This document shows, one piece after another, positions 1 through 6,019 of a stretch of 25,293 bases of DNA; positions within the stretch are counted from its first letter, which is position 1, and every line of letters starts with the position of its first letter. Below the pieces are notes generated by a model, which saw only the letters and a program-made list of their open reading frames with translations, did no database searches and was not told the DNA's origin. The DNA comes from an uncultured virus (IMG/VR IMGVR_UViG_3300044701_002566) (taxonomy: Duplodnaviria > Heunggongvirae > Uroviricota > Caudoviricetes): the IMG/VR virus record IMGVR_UViG_3300044701_002566. One strand, given 5' to 3'. Both the position numbers and the translations under genes were made by a program.

Positions 1-437
1 ACATTGATCGTAAACCCCTGCCGGTTAGCCTGTTTAATCAGGCTAAGGTTCTCACCTAATGTGAGGCTGTGGTGAGTGTAAGTGTAGGCTTTAAGATGTT
101 TCACGGCGGCGATCATGCCGCGCATGAATGCGCGCGAGATTCTGCCTCCAGTGTGCGGCAGATCGCCAGCTTGATTGTGTCGGAGAGGCATCCCTGCAGG
201 AAGTCGCCTGAGAGCGGCCAGGAAGGCTCTGAAGGGCACGCCACGGCGCCCATCGGTCACCTCCCGCCAGTGGAGCGCGAGAGGCCCACTAGCCGCGTAG
301 CACCCGCCGCCATTCTCAGGAGAGAAAGGACATGACGGCGGGCAGGTGGAGCGACTGGAAGTCGTAACCGGCATCGGACCCGTCTTGACGTTGCTAGAAA
401 CCGGCGTCAGATGAAAAAACAGGTCGGAGAGTTTCAT
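1..437 (-). CDS. GP88-like phage protein with Cys cluster (3' end runs off the window; absent from the ORF track)
   Basis: Manual translation from ATG at 437: MKLSDLFFHLTPVSSNVKTGPMPVTTSSRSTCPPSCPF...GGGCYAASGPLALHW...RHNQAGDL...YTYTHH, open to position 1. The N-x-K-T-G, TCPxxCP, GCYA, RH-x3-GD and YTYTH motifs are typical of this family. Preceded by a CT-rich leader (438-474). Confidence 0.75.
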   Translation of the reverse strand, partial: MKLSDLFFHLTPVSSNVKTGPMPVTTSSRSTCPPSCPFSPENGGGCYAASGPLALHWREVTDGRRGVPFRAFLAALRRLPAGMPLRHNQAGDLPHTGGRISRAFMRGMIAAVKHLKAYTYTHHSLTLGENLSLIKQANRQGFTIN

Positions 438-474
438 GGAGAGAGAGAGAGAGAGAGGGAGAGGGAGAGAGAGG

Positions 475-642
475 TCAGTTCTCGAACGGCTCATCCCATA
501 CGACCGTCTGACCGGAAGCGGTCTGGCGCTGCGCGGGGCGTGTGGGGCGTGTGGGGCGTGTGGGGCTCTGCCAGCGAGGGGACTGAGCGGGCAGACCGTT
601 GGCGCCCATTGGCCAATACCCCATGAGAGTGGTGTCTTCCAT
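475..642 (-). CDS. small hypothetical protein (55 aa) with PTR repeats
   Basis: MEDTTLMGYWPMGANGLPAQSPRWQSPTRPTRPTRPAQRQTASGQTVVWDEPFEN; CT-rich leader like neighbouring genes. Confidence 0.5.
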   Translation of the reverse strand: MEDTTLMGYWPMGANGLPAQSPRWQSPTRPTRPTRPAQRQTASGQTVVWDEPFEN

Positions 643-965
643 GATGAGAGGGAGAGGGAACAGAGCGGCTCAGAGTCATCTCCGATTCGCTGACGTCAGC
701 TTGCCGTCACACCGCCACCACGGCGCCGCATCGTAGGACGGTTTCTCGACTGGCACACTAGGCCGCAGAGTGGGCAGGTTCCAGCCATGGCCGCTTGTCT
801 AGCACTGTTTGCATCCTGCAGACTATCGGCAGTCAAGAATTGAACAGAGTGGTTAGGCTATCTCACCGCACCACGATCACACGCTCTCAGCATGCCGAAC
901 CGTTCGGGCAGGTAGGCTATCTCAACACACCGATGCGGCACCTAGCACGGATCGACGCCACCGCG

Positions 966-984
966 ACGGATTGTCACAATCCGT
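966..984. promoter_or_regulatory. perfect 9-1-9 palindrome overlapping an HLR1-like direct repeat
   Basis: ACGGATTGT-C-ACAATCCGT; also GTCACAAT-CC-GTTGCAAA at 973-990. Confidence 0.55.
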
Positions 985-1015
985 TGCAAAGGTTTCCCCA
1001 TCGGCGAACCGTACT

Positions 1016-1225
1016 GATCACCATTGCTTGTCGATCAGGATTGCTGATCATTCGGGCAGGATTGATCAGTATTGCTTGTCGATCAGGATTGCTGATGTTT
1101 CGACCAGGATTGATCAGTATTGCTTATCTGATAAGGGATGGTGATGTTTCGGGCAGGAACGATAAGGATCCCTTATCGATAAGGAATGCTTATGTTTCGG
1201 CCGGCAACGATAAGCTCAGCTTATG
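1016..1225. repeat. ~48-bp tandem repeat (4 units plus one extra box); each unit has two 17-bp palindromic LysR-type boxes and a 14-bp spacer
   Basis: Units start at 1016, 1064, 1112, 1161 and 1209; box consensus GATMAG-N5-CTKATS, e.g. GATCAGGATTGCTGATC and GATAAGGATCCCTTATC. Confidence 0.9.
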
Positions 1226-1270
1226 ATACAAACGTACTACAGTACAAACGTACTACAGTACAAGTGTACT
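1225..1270. promoter_or_regulatory. three tandem cyanobacterial LexA (SOS) box-like palindromes, 16-bp period
   Basis: GATACAAACGTACT (1225), AGTACAAACGTACT (1241), AGTACAAGTGTACT (1257); cyanobacterial LexA box is AGTAC-N4-GTACT. Confidence 0.75.
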
Positions 1271-1307
1271 ATAAGCTCAGCTTATGTTACAGATAAGCCA
1301 GGCTTAT
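1271..1307. promoter_or_regulatory. two further ATAAG-N5-CTTAT (T-N11-A) boxes
   Basis: ATAAGCTCAGCTTAT at 1271-1285; ATAAGCCAGGCTTAT at 1293-1307. Confidence 0.7.
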
Positions 1308-1345
1308 GTTACGAAATGTTACGAAATGTTACGAAATGTAACGAT
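1308..1345. promoter_or_regulatory. 10-bp-period HLR1/RpaB-like tandem repeat
   Basis: (GTTACGAAAT)x3 + GTAACGAT; HLR1 half-site is (G/T)TTACA(T/A)(T/A) with N2 spacing. Confidence 0.6.
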
Positions 1346-1362
1346 TGCGAATGATTCTCAAT
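1344..1362. promoter_or_regulatory. Fur-box-like 9-1-9 palindrome
   Basis: ATTGCGAAT-G-ATTCTCAAT, one mismatch from a perfect palindrome. Confidence 0.55.
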
Positions 1363-1390
1363 AGCAAGAAGCCTCTGGCTGGGTGTTTAG

Positions 1391-1475
1391 ATACGCCTCC
1401 AGCCGGTTCTCATACGCCTCTAGCCGGTTCTCATACGCCCCTGGCCGGTCCCGGTTTAGGCATCTGGCCGGTTCT
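1391..1475. repeat. 21-bp direct repeats with YRGCCGGTYC core
   Basis: ATACGCCTCCAGCCGGTTCTC (1391), ATACGCCTCTAGCCGGTTCTC (1412), ATACGCCCCTGGCCGGTCCC (1433), plus CTGGCCGGTTCT (~1464). Confidence 0.85.
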
Positions 1476-1769
1476 TCAGTGGCCTCTACGACCCCCAGCG
1501 AACCGGCCTACATAGGCATTCCACATGCCAATGGGCATGTCACCCGGCCTGTAAAGCACATAGCCTCCATCCTCTACTCCCAGCTCAGCGTCATGAAGCC
1601 ACATGCCGCTGCATTTGCCTTCCCCGCTGAAAAGGCCAATTTGCCTTTCTCTATCACGCATGGACAGGCGAACGTGAAACAACACCTCCCGTAGGAGCAC
1701 TGCCTGATAGACGCCTTGCGAGGGAGGAAAATCCTCCCCATTGGGCTGATAGGTGCGGATTGTCACCAT
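1476..1769 (-). CDS. hypothetical protein (97 aa)
   Basis: ORF track; start overlaps the stop of the upstream gene (ATGGTGA). Confidence 0.65.
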   Translation of the reverse strand: MVTIRTYQPNGEDFPPSQGVYQAVLLREVLFHVRLSMRDRERQIGLFSGEGKCSGMWLHDAELGVEDGGYVLYRPGDMPIGMWNAYVGRFAGGRRGH

Positions 1770-1915
1770 TGATCATCCCCTTCACTGTCTTCAATTATCT
1801 CTACGAAATACGGCCCCATGGCCGCATAGGCTTCATGAAGCTCAGCTTCTTCGCCCTGGTGAAGAGTGTAGTCTTCAAAGCCTTCTTCGTTCCAGAAGTG
1901 CCAACAATCAGACAT
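1763..1915 (-). CDS. small acidic hypothetical protein (50 aa)
   Basis: MSDCWHFWNEEGFEDYTLHQGEEAELHEAYAAMGPYFVEIIEDSEGDDQW; tightly packed between its neighbours. Confidence 0.6.
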   Translation of the reverse strand: MSDCWHFWNEEGFEDYTLHQGEEAELHEAYAAMGPYFVEIIEDSEGDDQW

Positions 1916-1918
1916 TGG

Positions 1919-2104
1919 TCAAGCCTCGATGATGCGAAAATCGGGATCATTGTTTCTTTTGATCCATCGACATTGATTGAACTGAGGAAGCACGATGAAC
2001 AGTTTGTCGTGGTGATTCTGTTCGACAATGGCAGTGGTGATGGTGGTGCCGATGCGGCTACGACCTCTGTTGCTGATGGCCAGGATGTTAACAATGTCTT
2101 GCAT
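1919..2104 (-). CDS. small cyanophage-type hypothetical protein (61 aa)
   Basis: MQDIVNILAISNRGRSRIG...VEQNHHDKLFIV...RWIKRNNDPDFRII; start re-assigned to the ATG after the C-rich leader. Confidence 0.7.
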   Translation of the reverse strand: MQDIVNILAISNRGRSRIGTTITTAIVEQNHHDKLFIVLPQFNQCRWIKRNNDPDFRIIEA

Positions 2105-2148
2105 GGTTCTAGGAAGGGTGCGGAGGGTGTGGAGGGTGCGGAGGCCGC

Positions 2149-2394
2149 TCAGGCGGCCTGCAGGTCTTCTTTGCTCCACCGAACGATGGTGGCAACAATG
2201 TCGTGGCTCAGAGGCTCCCACAGGGGCATGGGCAGGCTTCCTTGGCGGCTCATGCAGATGCGGCCATCTTCACGCTTGTGGAGGGCTGCCATGGCTGGCA
2301 GGAAAAGGGCGTCACCGGGCGTGGCTTCCGCGATGAAGCTGGCGATGGCGGACAGGAGCTGGTCTTGGCAGGTCAGTTGATCTTGGCAGGGCAT
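2149..2394 (-). CDS. hypothetical protein (81 aa)
   Basis: MPCQDQLTCQDQLLSAIASFIAE...; start re-assigned downstream of the promoter at 2435-2440. Confidence 0.65.
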   Translation of the reverse strand: MPCQDQLTCQDQLLSAIASFIAEATPGDALFLPAMAALHKREDGRICMSRQGSLPMPLWEPLSHDIVATIVRWSKEDLQAA

Positions 2395-2411
2395 GGCTGG
2401 AAGTAAGTGGT

Positions 2412-2486
2412 GGACCTCTCGGCCCGTTGAACCAACAATACAGACAAAGCCCCCGGCTTTCGGGGGCTGTAACAATTGTTTACAAA
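2412..2486 (-). promoter_or_regulatory. class A early promoter cassette (-10 TATTGT, HLR1-like site, GNRA leader hairpin, embedded terminator-like hairpin)
   Basis: -10 at 2435-2440; GTAACAAT-TG-TTTACAAA at 2469-2486; leader GGGCC-GAGA-GGTCC; hairpin AGCCCCCG-AAAGC-CGGGGGCT. Confidence 0.8.
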
Positions 2487-2520
2487 GGGAAGGTGCTCGC
2501 TGCACCTTCCCCAGGTCGCA

Positions 2521-3531
2521 TCAGGCCGCCAAGGCCAGAGCATGGGCCTTGGTGATGGTGGCAGCTCCAGTGCCCCACCATTGGCTCTCCAAGCGCCGCC
2601 TGGCGGCTTCCAGGTCGTTGCCACGGCCTGCTTCATGCGTCACCCACTCCGTCACGGCATTGTAGGCGCCCCAGTAGGTGCCTACAACGCCTTTGATGTC
2701 GAAGCCGATGCCGTCGCCGGCAAACTTGTTCGCCAGGCTGTCCCACTGGGGCAGATCGCCCAACACCTTCGGGCGAGCAGTGGCCTTGTCGCCTCGCTTG
2801 TCGTTCACCACGCCAGCAAGCTGCTGGCTGAACACATCGCGGCAGTATTGAGCGAACTGAGCAGAGGTGCAGGGCTTTGCGGCCATTGCTTCCAGCTCTG
2901 CCAAGCCGGCAGTGAACTGGCGCCGCTTGATGTCGATGATCTCTGGCAGGCGTTCGATCATGGCGTTGCAGTTGAGCGTGTGGCGAATGCTGATGCGCTT
3001 GCCCTTAGCGTTGGCATCGGAACGATCAGCGAGGCCCAAAGCGGCGCTGAGCGTGTTCTGGCACACCACGCGCACTGGCGTGAAGAGAGTTTGGAAGGCG
3101 ATGGAGCCGTCGTGGCTGGTGGCTCCCACAATGTATTGCTCTATTTCATCGCCCTTCACCACTTCGCGGGTGCTGTCGTTAATGCGAGCCGTGAAGGTGA
3201 CTTTCCGGCCTTTATCAAGCACGCACACGGCGCTCATTTCTGCATCTTCGTGCAGGGCCTCGGCTAGGCGAATGAGCTGTTCGTTCTGGACGATGGTGTA
3301 GCTTTCCTTCTGAACGGAGAGCACTTTTCCATTGTCCCCGCGAGTGATGGCCTGGTAGCCCTCGATGGGCTGGCCAGTGGGATCGAGAATGGGCGTGGAA
3401 AGCACTTCCCAGTCAGCCTGGCCGAGAGCGAATGCTTCACGGGCAGGCATGGTGCCGCCTGCTACATGGCCGAGACCGTGCCAGGCGGCTTGACCATGGA
3501 AGAAAGCACCGGAAGAGAATTGATGAGCCAT
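2521..3531 (-). CDS. DUF932 / LGT_TIGR03299 family phage/plasmid protein (336 aa)
   Basis: AWHGLG, ADWEV, YTIVQNE, TSHDGS, TPVRVVCQNTL, IRHT, GTYWGAYNAVTEW motifs; start re-assigned to MAHQF. Confidence 0.9.
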   Translation of the reverse strand: MAHQFSSGAFFHGQAAWHGLGHVAGGTMPAREAFALGQADWEVLSTPILDPTGQPIEGYQAITRGDNGKVLSVQKESYTIVQNEQLIRLAEALHEDAEMSAVCVLDKGRKVTFTARINDSTREVVKGDEIEQYIVGATSHDGSIAFQTLFTPVRVVCQNTLSAALGLADRSDANAKGKRISIRHTLNCNAMIERLPEIIDIKRRQFTAGLAELEAMAAKPCTSAQFAQYCRDVFSQQLAGVVNDKRGDKATARPKVLGDLPQWDSLANKFAGDGIGFDIKGVVGTYWGAYNAVTEWVTHEAGRGNDLEAARRRLESQWWGTGAATITKAHALALAA

Positions 3532-3556
3532 GGGAAAGAAAAGAGGAAGGGAAAGG

Positions 3557-3643
3557 GCGGGGTCGAGCCGCTTGATGGAGAATTTAGCCTCTATTGCGAG
3601 AAAAGTCAAATGGGGCCGTGGCCGCTTAACGGCCTGTCACACT
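3557..3643 (-). promoter_or_regulatory. class B early sigma70 promoter cassette
   Basis: TTGACT-N17-TAAATT (3609 to 3581); TTAACGGC-CT-GTCACACT at 3626-3643; leader TCAAGCGGCTCGAC. Confidence 0.85.
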
Positions 3644-3945
3644 CAGAAAGTGAGCGTGACGCCAGCGGTGCGCAGGCTCACCACGCGATCAGTGCGGAAG
3701 GAGCGCCAGGCGCCAGCACCCTGCGTGCGAGCGATGCGGAAGTCACGGCAGCGCACCACGTCAGCAGACAGTGCGGCGGTGCCAGTGCCCTTGATCTCCT
3801 GGCGGTCGCGGGGATTGAACTGCATGGTCCGCAAGGAGCCGTCTTCCTTGCGGAAGGTGACGCTCACCACACGGGAGCCGGCGTTGCGCAGGAAGGTGCG
3901 AACGGCCATGGTGCGGGAGTGAGGGAGAAAAGCAGAAGCGTTCAT
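3643..3945 (-). CDS. WYL_2/DUF2693-like SH3 beta-barrel protein
   Basis: VSVTFRKEDGSLRTM...AWRSFRTDRV motifs. Confidence 0.7.
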   Translation of the reverse strand: MNASAFLPHSRTMAVRTFLRNAGSRVVSVTFRKEDGSLRTMQFNPRDRQEIKGTGTAALSADVVRCRDFRIARTQGAGAWRSFRTDRVVSLRTAGVTLTF

Positions 3946-3963
3946 GGGAAGAAAAGAGAGGGA

Positions 3964-4053
3964 AAGCGGTGTCGAGCCGCTTGAAAGTAAAAGTTAGCCC
4001 CTATTGCGAGAAAAGTCAAACGCAACAGAGGCCGGTTCGCGCAGCGTCACACA
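3964..4053 (-). promoter_or_regulatory. class B early sigma70 promoter cassette
   Basis: TTGACT-N17-TAACTT (4019 to 3991); GTCACACA half-site at 4046; leader hairpin AAGCGG-CTCGACA-CCGCTT. Confidence 0.85.
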
Positions 4054-4253
4054 CGCTGACGGCGGCGGCGAAGCTCGTCCCCGTAGGTGCAAGCCTCGTC
4101 GCTGTAGCGACCTTCCGCGATGGGATTCCAGCCGCGCATGGCGGCCTCTGCCTGGCGACAATCACGAGCCGACCAGAGCAGTTCAGCAACGGTCATGGAC
4201 CGAGCCTTCTCCTCCCAGCGAAGGAAGTCGGAAGCGGTGGCGGGGGTGACCAT
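4047..4253 (-). CDS. hypothetical protein (68 aa)
   Basis: ORF flanked by two promoter cassettes; GRYSDEACTYGDELRRR C-terminus. Confidence 0.7.
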   Translation of the reverse strand: MVTPATASDFLRWEEKARSMTVAELLWSARDCRQAEAAMRGWNPIAEGRYSDEACTYGDELRRRRQRV

Positions 4254-4271
4254 GAGAAGGAGATCGAGGGG

Positions 4272-4360
4272 AAGCGGTGTCGAGCCGCTTGAAAGGAAAA
4301 TTAGACCATGGGAGGGGAATCGGTCAACCCCTCCCCCTTGGCTTCACATTTGGTCACAGA
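4272..4360 (-). promoter_or_regulatory. class B early sigma70 promoter cassette
   Basis: TTGACC-N18-TAATTT (4327 to 4298); TTCACATT-TG-GTCACAGA at 4343-4360; same leader hairpin as at 3964. Confidence 0.8.
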
Positions 4361-4601
4361 TGCCCATGAGCATCTCACCCACATAGGTGATGGCGGCATC
4401 GAGGCTCTCCATGGCAGCATCCCGCTCACGGCGAGCCTGGTAGTAGGCATCAGGGCCTTGTGGGTAGAAATCCCTCCCGTGGCACGTTGTAGAGGCGAAC
4501 GCCTCACGGGCTTTCAGGAGGGCATCGTAGGCCGCCGCATACTCGTCGCACAGCGTGGTGCGGCCTGTGCCGTTGAGGTGGAGCGTGGGGATGGTGGTCA
4601 T
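4344..4601 (-). CDS. conserved phage hypothetical protein (85 aa)
   Basis: PTLHLNGT...HGRDFYPQG motifs, a pattern typical of small phage early proteins. Confidence 0.75.
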   Translation of the reverse strand: MTTIPTLHLNGTGRTTLCDEYAAAYDALLKAREAFASTTCHGRDFYPQGPDAYYQARRERDAAMESLDAAITYVGEMLMGICDQM

Positions 4602-4603
4602 GA

Positions 4604-4807
4604 TCAGGCGAGATGGAAGCTGGTGTTGGTGGCCTGGAGGTGGGCGGTGTACTGGTCGTACTGATCCTGCCAGTAAGCAGCCCTTGCGAGCAGCTTCTCG
4701 AAGTAGGCAGGGTCAGGCACGCCAGCGGCGAGGTAGGTATTGGCGGTGTCGGCCCAGAACTTGCGCTGAAGCACAACGTTGTCGCCGTGGTTAAGGGAGG
4801 CGGTCAT
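4604..4807 (-). CDS. hypothetical protein (67 aa)
   Basis: MTASLNHGDNVVLQRKFW...; start re-assigned after the promoter and leader repeat. Confidence 0.65.
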   Translation of the reverse strand: MTASLNHGDNVVLQRKFWADTANTYLAAGVPDPAYFEKLLARAAYWQDQYDQYTAHLQATNTSFHLA

Positions 4808-4840
4808 GGGACGGAGGGGACGGAGGGGACGGAGGGAACG

Positions 4841-4916
4841 GAGGTTCTCGCCTCGTTGAACCAACAATACAGCCTGAGGCCCCCAGGGCAGGGGGCTTGT
4901 TACAACGCTTAACAGT
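4841..4916 (-). promoter_or_regulatory. class A early promoter cassette
   Basis: CGTTGAACCAACAATACAG at 4854-4872; GCCCCC-N6-GGGGGC hairpin; GTTACAAC-GC-TTAACAGT at 4899-4916. Confidence 0.8.
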
Positions 4917-5278
4917 CAGCAGAAGGTGGTGCGGCCATTGGTGTAGGCGTACCACTCCTTCTTCCCTGCAGACGCTTCCCGGCGGTTGGCCTCCCACTTG
5001 TCGGGCAGCTCTGCGCTGATGATTTGAGTGCCTGCAGGCACGTTGATGGGGCCGACCCCCATCGAGATGTTGAACTGATCCATCACCGGACCGTTGATGT
5101 ACCAAGCACGGGACACCTTGTAAAGGCCAAAGCCCTCCAGCTCGCGGGTGCCATTGATGGGAAAGGGCTCGTGCCAGTCAGGCAGCACGATGCGAAAGGC
5201 AAGCCTTTCAAGCCCTTCAAAGGCGGTCCAGGAGTCGTCGGTGATGAGCTGATCGACAGTGTGGTTGATGGTGGCCAT
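4916..5278 (-). CDS. hypothetical protein (120 aa)
   Basis: MATINHTVDQLITDDSWTAFEG...; start re-assigned. Confidence 0.75.
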   Translation of the reverse strand: MATINHTVDQLITDDSWTAFEGLERLAFRIVLPDWHEPFPINGTRELEGFGLYKVSRAWYINGPVMDQFNISMGVGPINVPAGTQIISAELPDKWEANRREASAGKKEWYAYTNGRTTFC

Positions 5279-5298
5279 GGTCTGAAAGAAGGAAGGGT

Positions 5299-5373
5299 GG
5301 ACCTCGCGGCCCGTTGAACCAACAATACAGCCTGAGCCCCCTCCCATCGACCCTTGTTACAACTCTTCACAAT
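5299..5373 (-). promoter_or_regulatory. class A early promoter cassette
   Basis: CGTTGAACCAACAATACAG at 5312-5330; GTTACAAC-TC-TTCACAAT at 5356-5373; leader GGGCC-GCGA-GGTCC. Confidence 0.8.
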
Positions 5374-5576
5374 CAGAGCATGGGCTTCCACCATGGGGGC
5401 TCCTGGCCGTTCATCACCACCAGCCGGCGACGCTCCAGCAGGAAGGCCATGCTCTTTGCTTGGCGCTCCAGTTCTTCCCTGTCGGCGCCAGTGTGCAGCA
5501 GCGACCAGCGTGGGCGAGCATTAGGCAGCAAGCAGCTCACCCATAGGGAGTAGCCTGCGGGATCAGCGACTGCCAT
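5373..5576 (-). CDS. hypothetical protein (67 aa)
   Basis: MAVADPAGYSLWVSC...; overlaps the stop of the upstream gene. Confidence 0.6.
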   Translation of the reverse strand: MAVADPAGYSLWVSCLLPNARPRWSLLHTGADREELERQAKSMAFLLERRRLVVMNGQEPPWWKPML

Positions 5577-5760
5577 CCTGCTCTTGGGCGACAGTGGCGG
5601 GAAGGTGCTGCAGGCGGCAGTAGCGTTCGGGGTGGATGTTCCTGCAGTCCCAGTAGTCTGCAGGGCGATCCTGCTGTGGGCCGGTGGCCACCGTGGCGGC
5701 GGCAATGATCACGGCGAGCCAGATGGCTCCCGAGAGAACGAAGGGCAATGGTGAGCGCAT
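5563..5760 (-). CDS. small membrane-anchored protein (65 aa)
   Basis: Hydrophobic N-terminus (LPFVLSGAIWLAVIIAAATVA) followed by a Cys pair. Confidence 0.7.
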   Translation of the reverse strand: MRSPLPFVLSGAIWLAVIIAAATVATGPQQDRPADYWDCRNIHPERYCRLQHLPATVAQEQDGSR

Positions 5761-5786
5761 GGCGGCAGAAGGGCAACGCTTCCCTC

Positions 5787-5838
5787 ACAATAGGAAAGAA
5801 GCCTGCCCTTCCAGCCTGCTGTCACAATTGTTTACCAG
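5787..5838 (-). promoter_or_regulatory. class A-type early promoter
   Basis: TATTGT at 5792 to 5787; GTCACAAT-TG-TTTACCAG at 5821-5838, 28 bp away as in the other class A copies. Confidence 0.7.
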
Positions 5839-5910
5839 CCGGTTCTCTGCTGGCCGGTCCTAAGCAGCAAGCTCGGTTCACAGTAACCTGCGCTACAGTG
5901 CCGCCAAGGC

Positions 5911-5940
5911 AAGAAAAAGGCGCCCCTTACGGAGCGCCCC
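5911..5940 (-). terminator. rho-independent terminator
   Basis: GGCGCTCC-GTAA-GGGGCGCC-TTTTTCTT on the minus strand. Confidence 0.8.
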
Positions 5941-6019
5941 GGTTCGTTCTCTCCACCATCTTGCCTGCCCCATTGCCCCTGTGCAGCCTTTGTCAGCAAA
6001 GGCGGATAGGTCATTGTGC

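Noticed and set aside
25..66. Hairpins TTAGCCTG/CAGGCTAA and CTCAC/GTGAG as a terminus or regulatory signal
   Set aside because: They lie inside the GP88-like coding frame and have no independent support.
1016..1225. CRISPR array or mini-array
   Set aside because: The 14-bp spacers resemble each other and the repeats drift in sequence; this is a tandem repeat, and no cas operon is present.
795..1694. ORFs 795-1226 and 1383-1694 as proteins
   Set aside because: They are translations of DNA repeats with TTG/GTG starts and repetitive peptides, on the opposite strand to all local genes.
2469..2483. NtcA box
   Set aside because: Spacing is GTA-N9-TAC rather than N8, and the other copies conserve a direct repeat rather than the palindrome.
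2476..3267. Long plus-strand ORFs antisense to real genes (also 1760-2380, 8217-8921 and, on the minus strand, 14232-14876)
   Set aside because: These are shadow ORFs of GC-rich coding sequence with no recognisable motifs.
2469..5838. Pho boxes at the early promoters
   Set aside because: The repeat period is 10 bp; PhoB/SphR boxes have an 11-bp period.
5832..6014. 60-aa ORF
   Set aside because: It runs through a strong terminator (5911-5940) and into a promoter; the region is more likely a 3' UTR or a tiny RNA.
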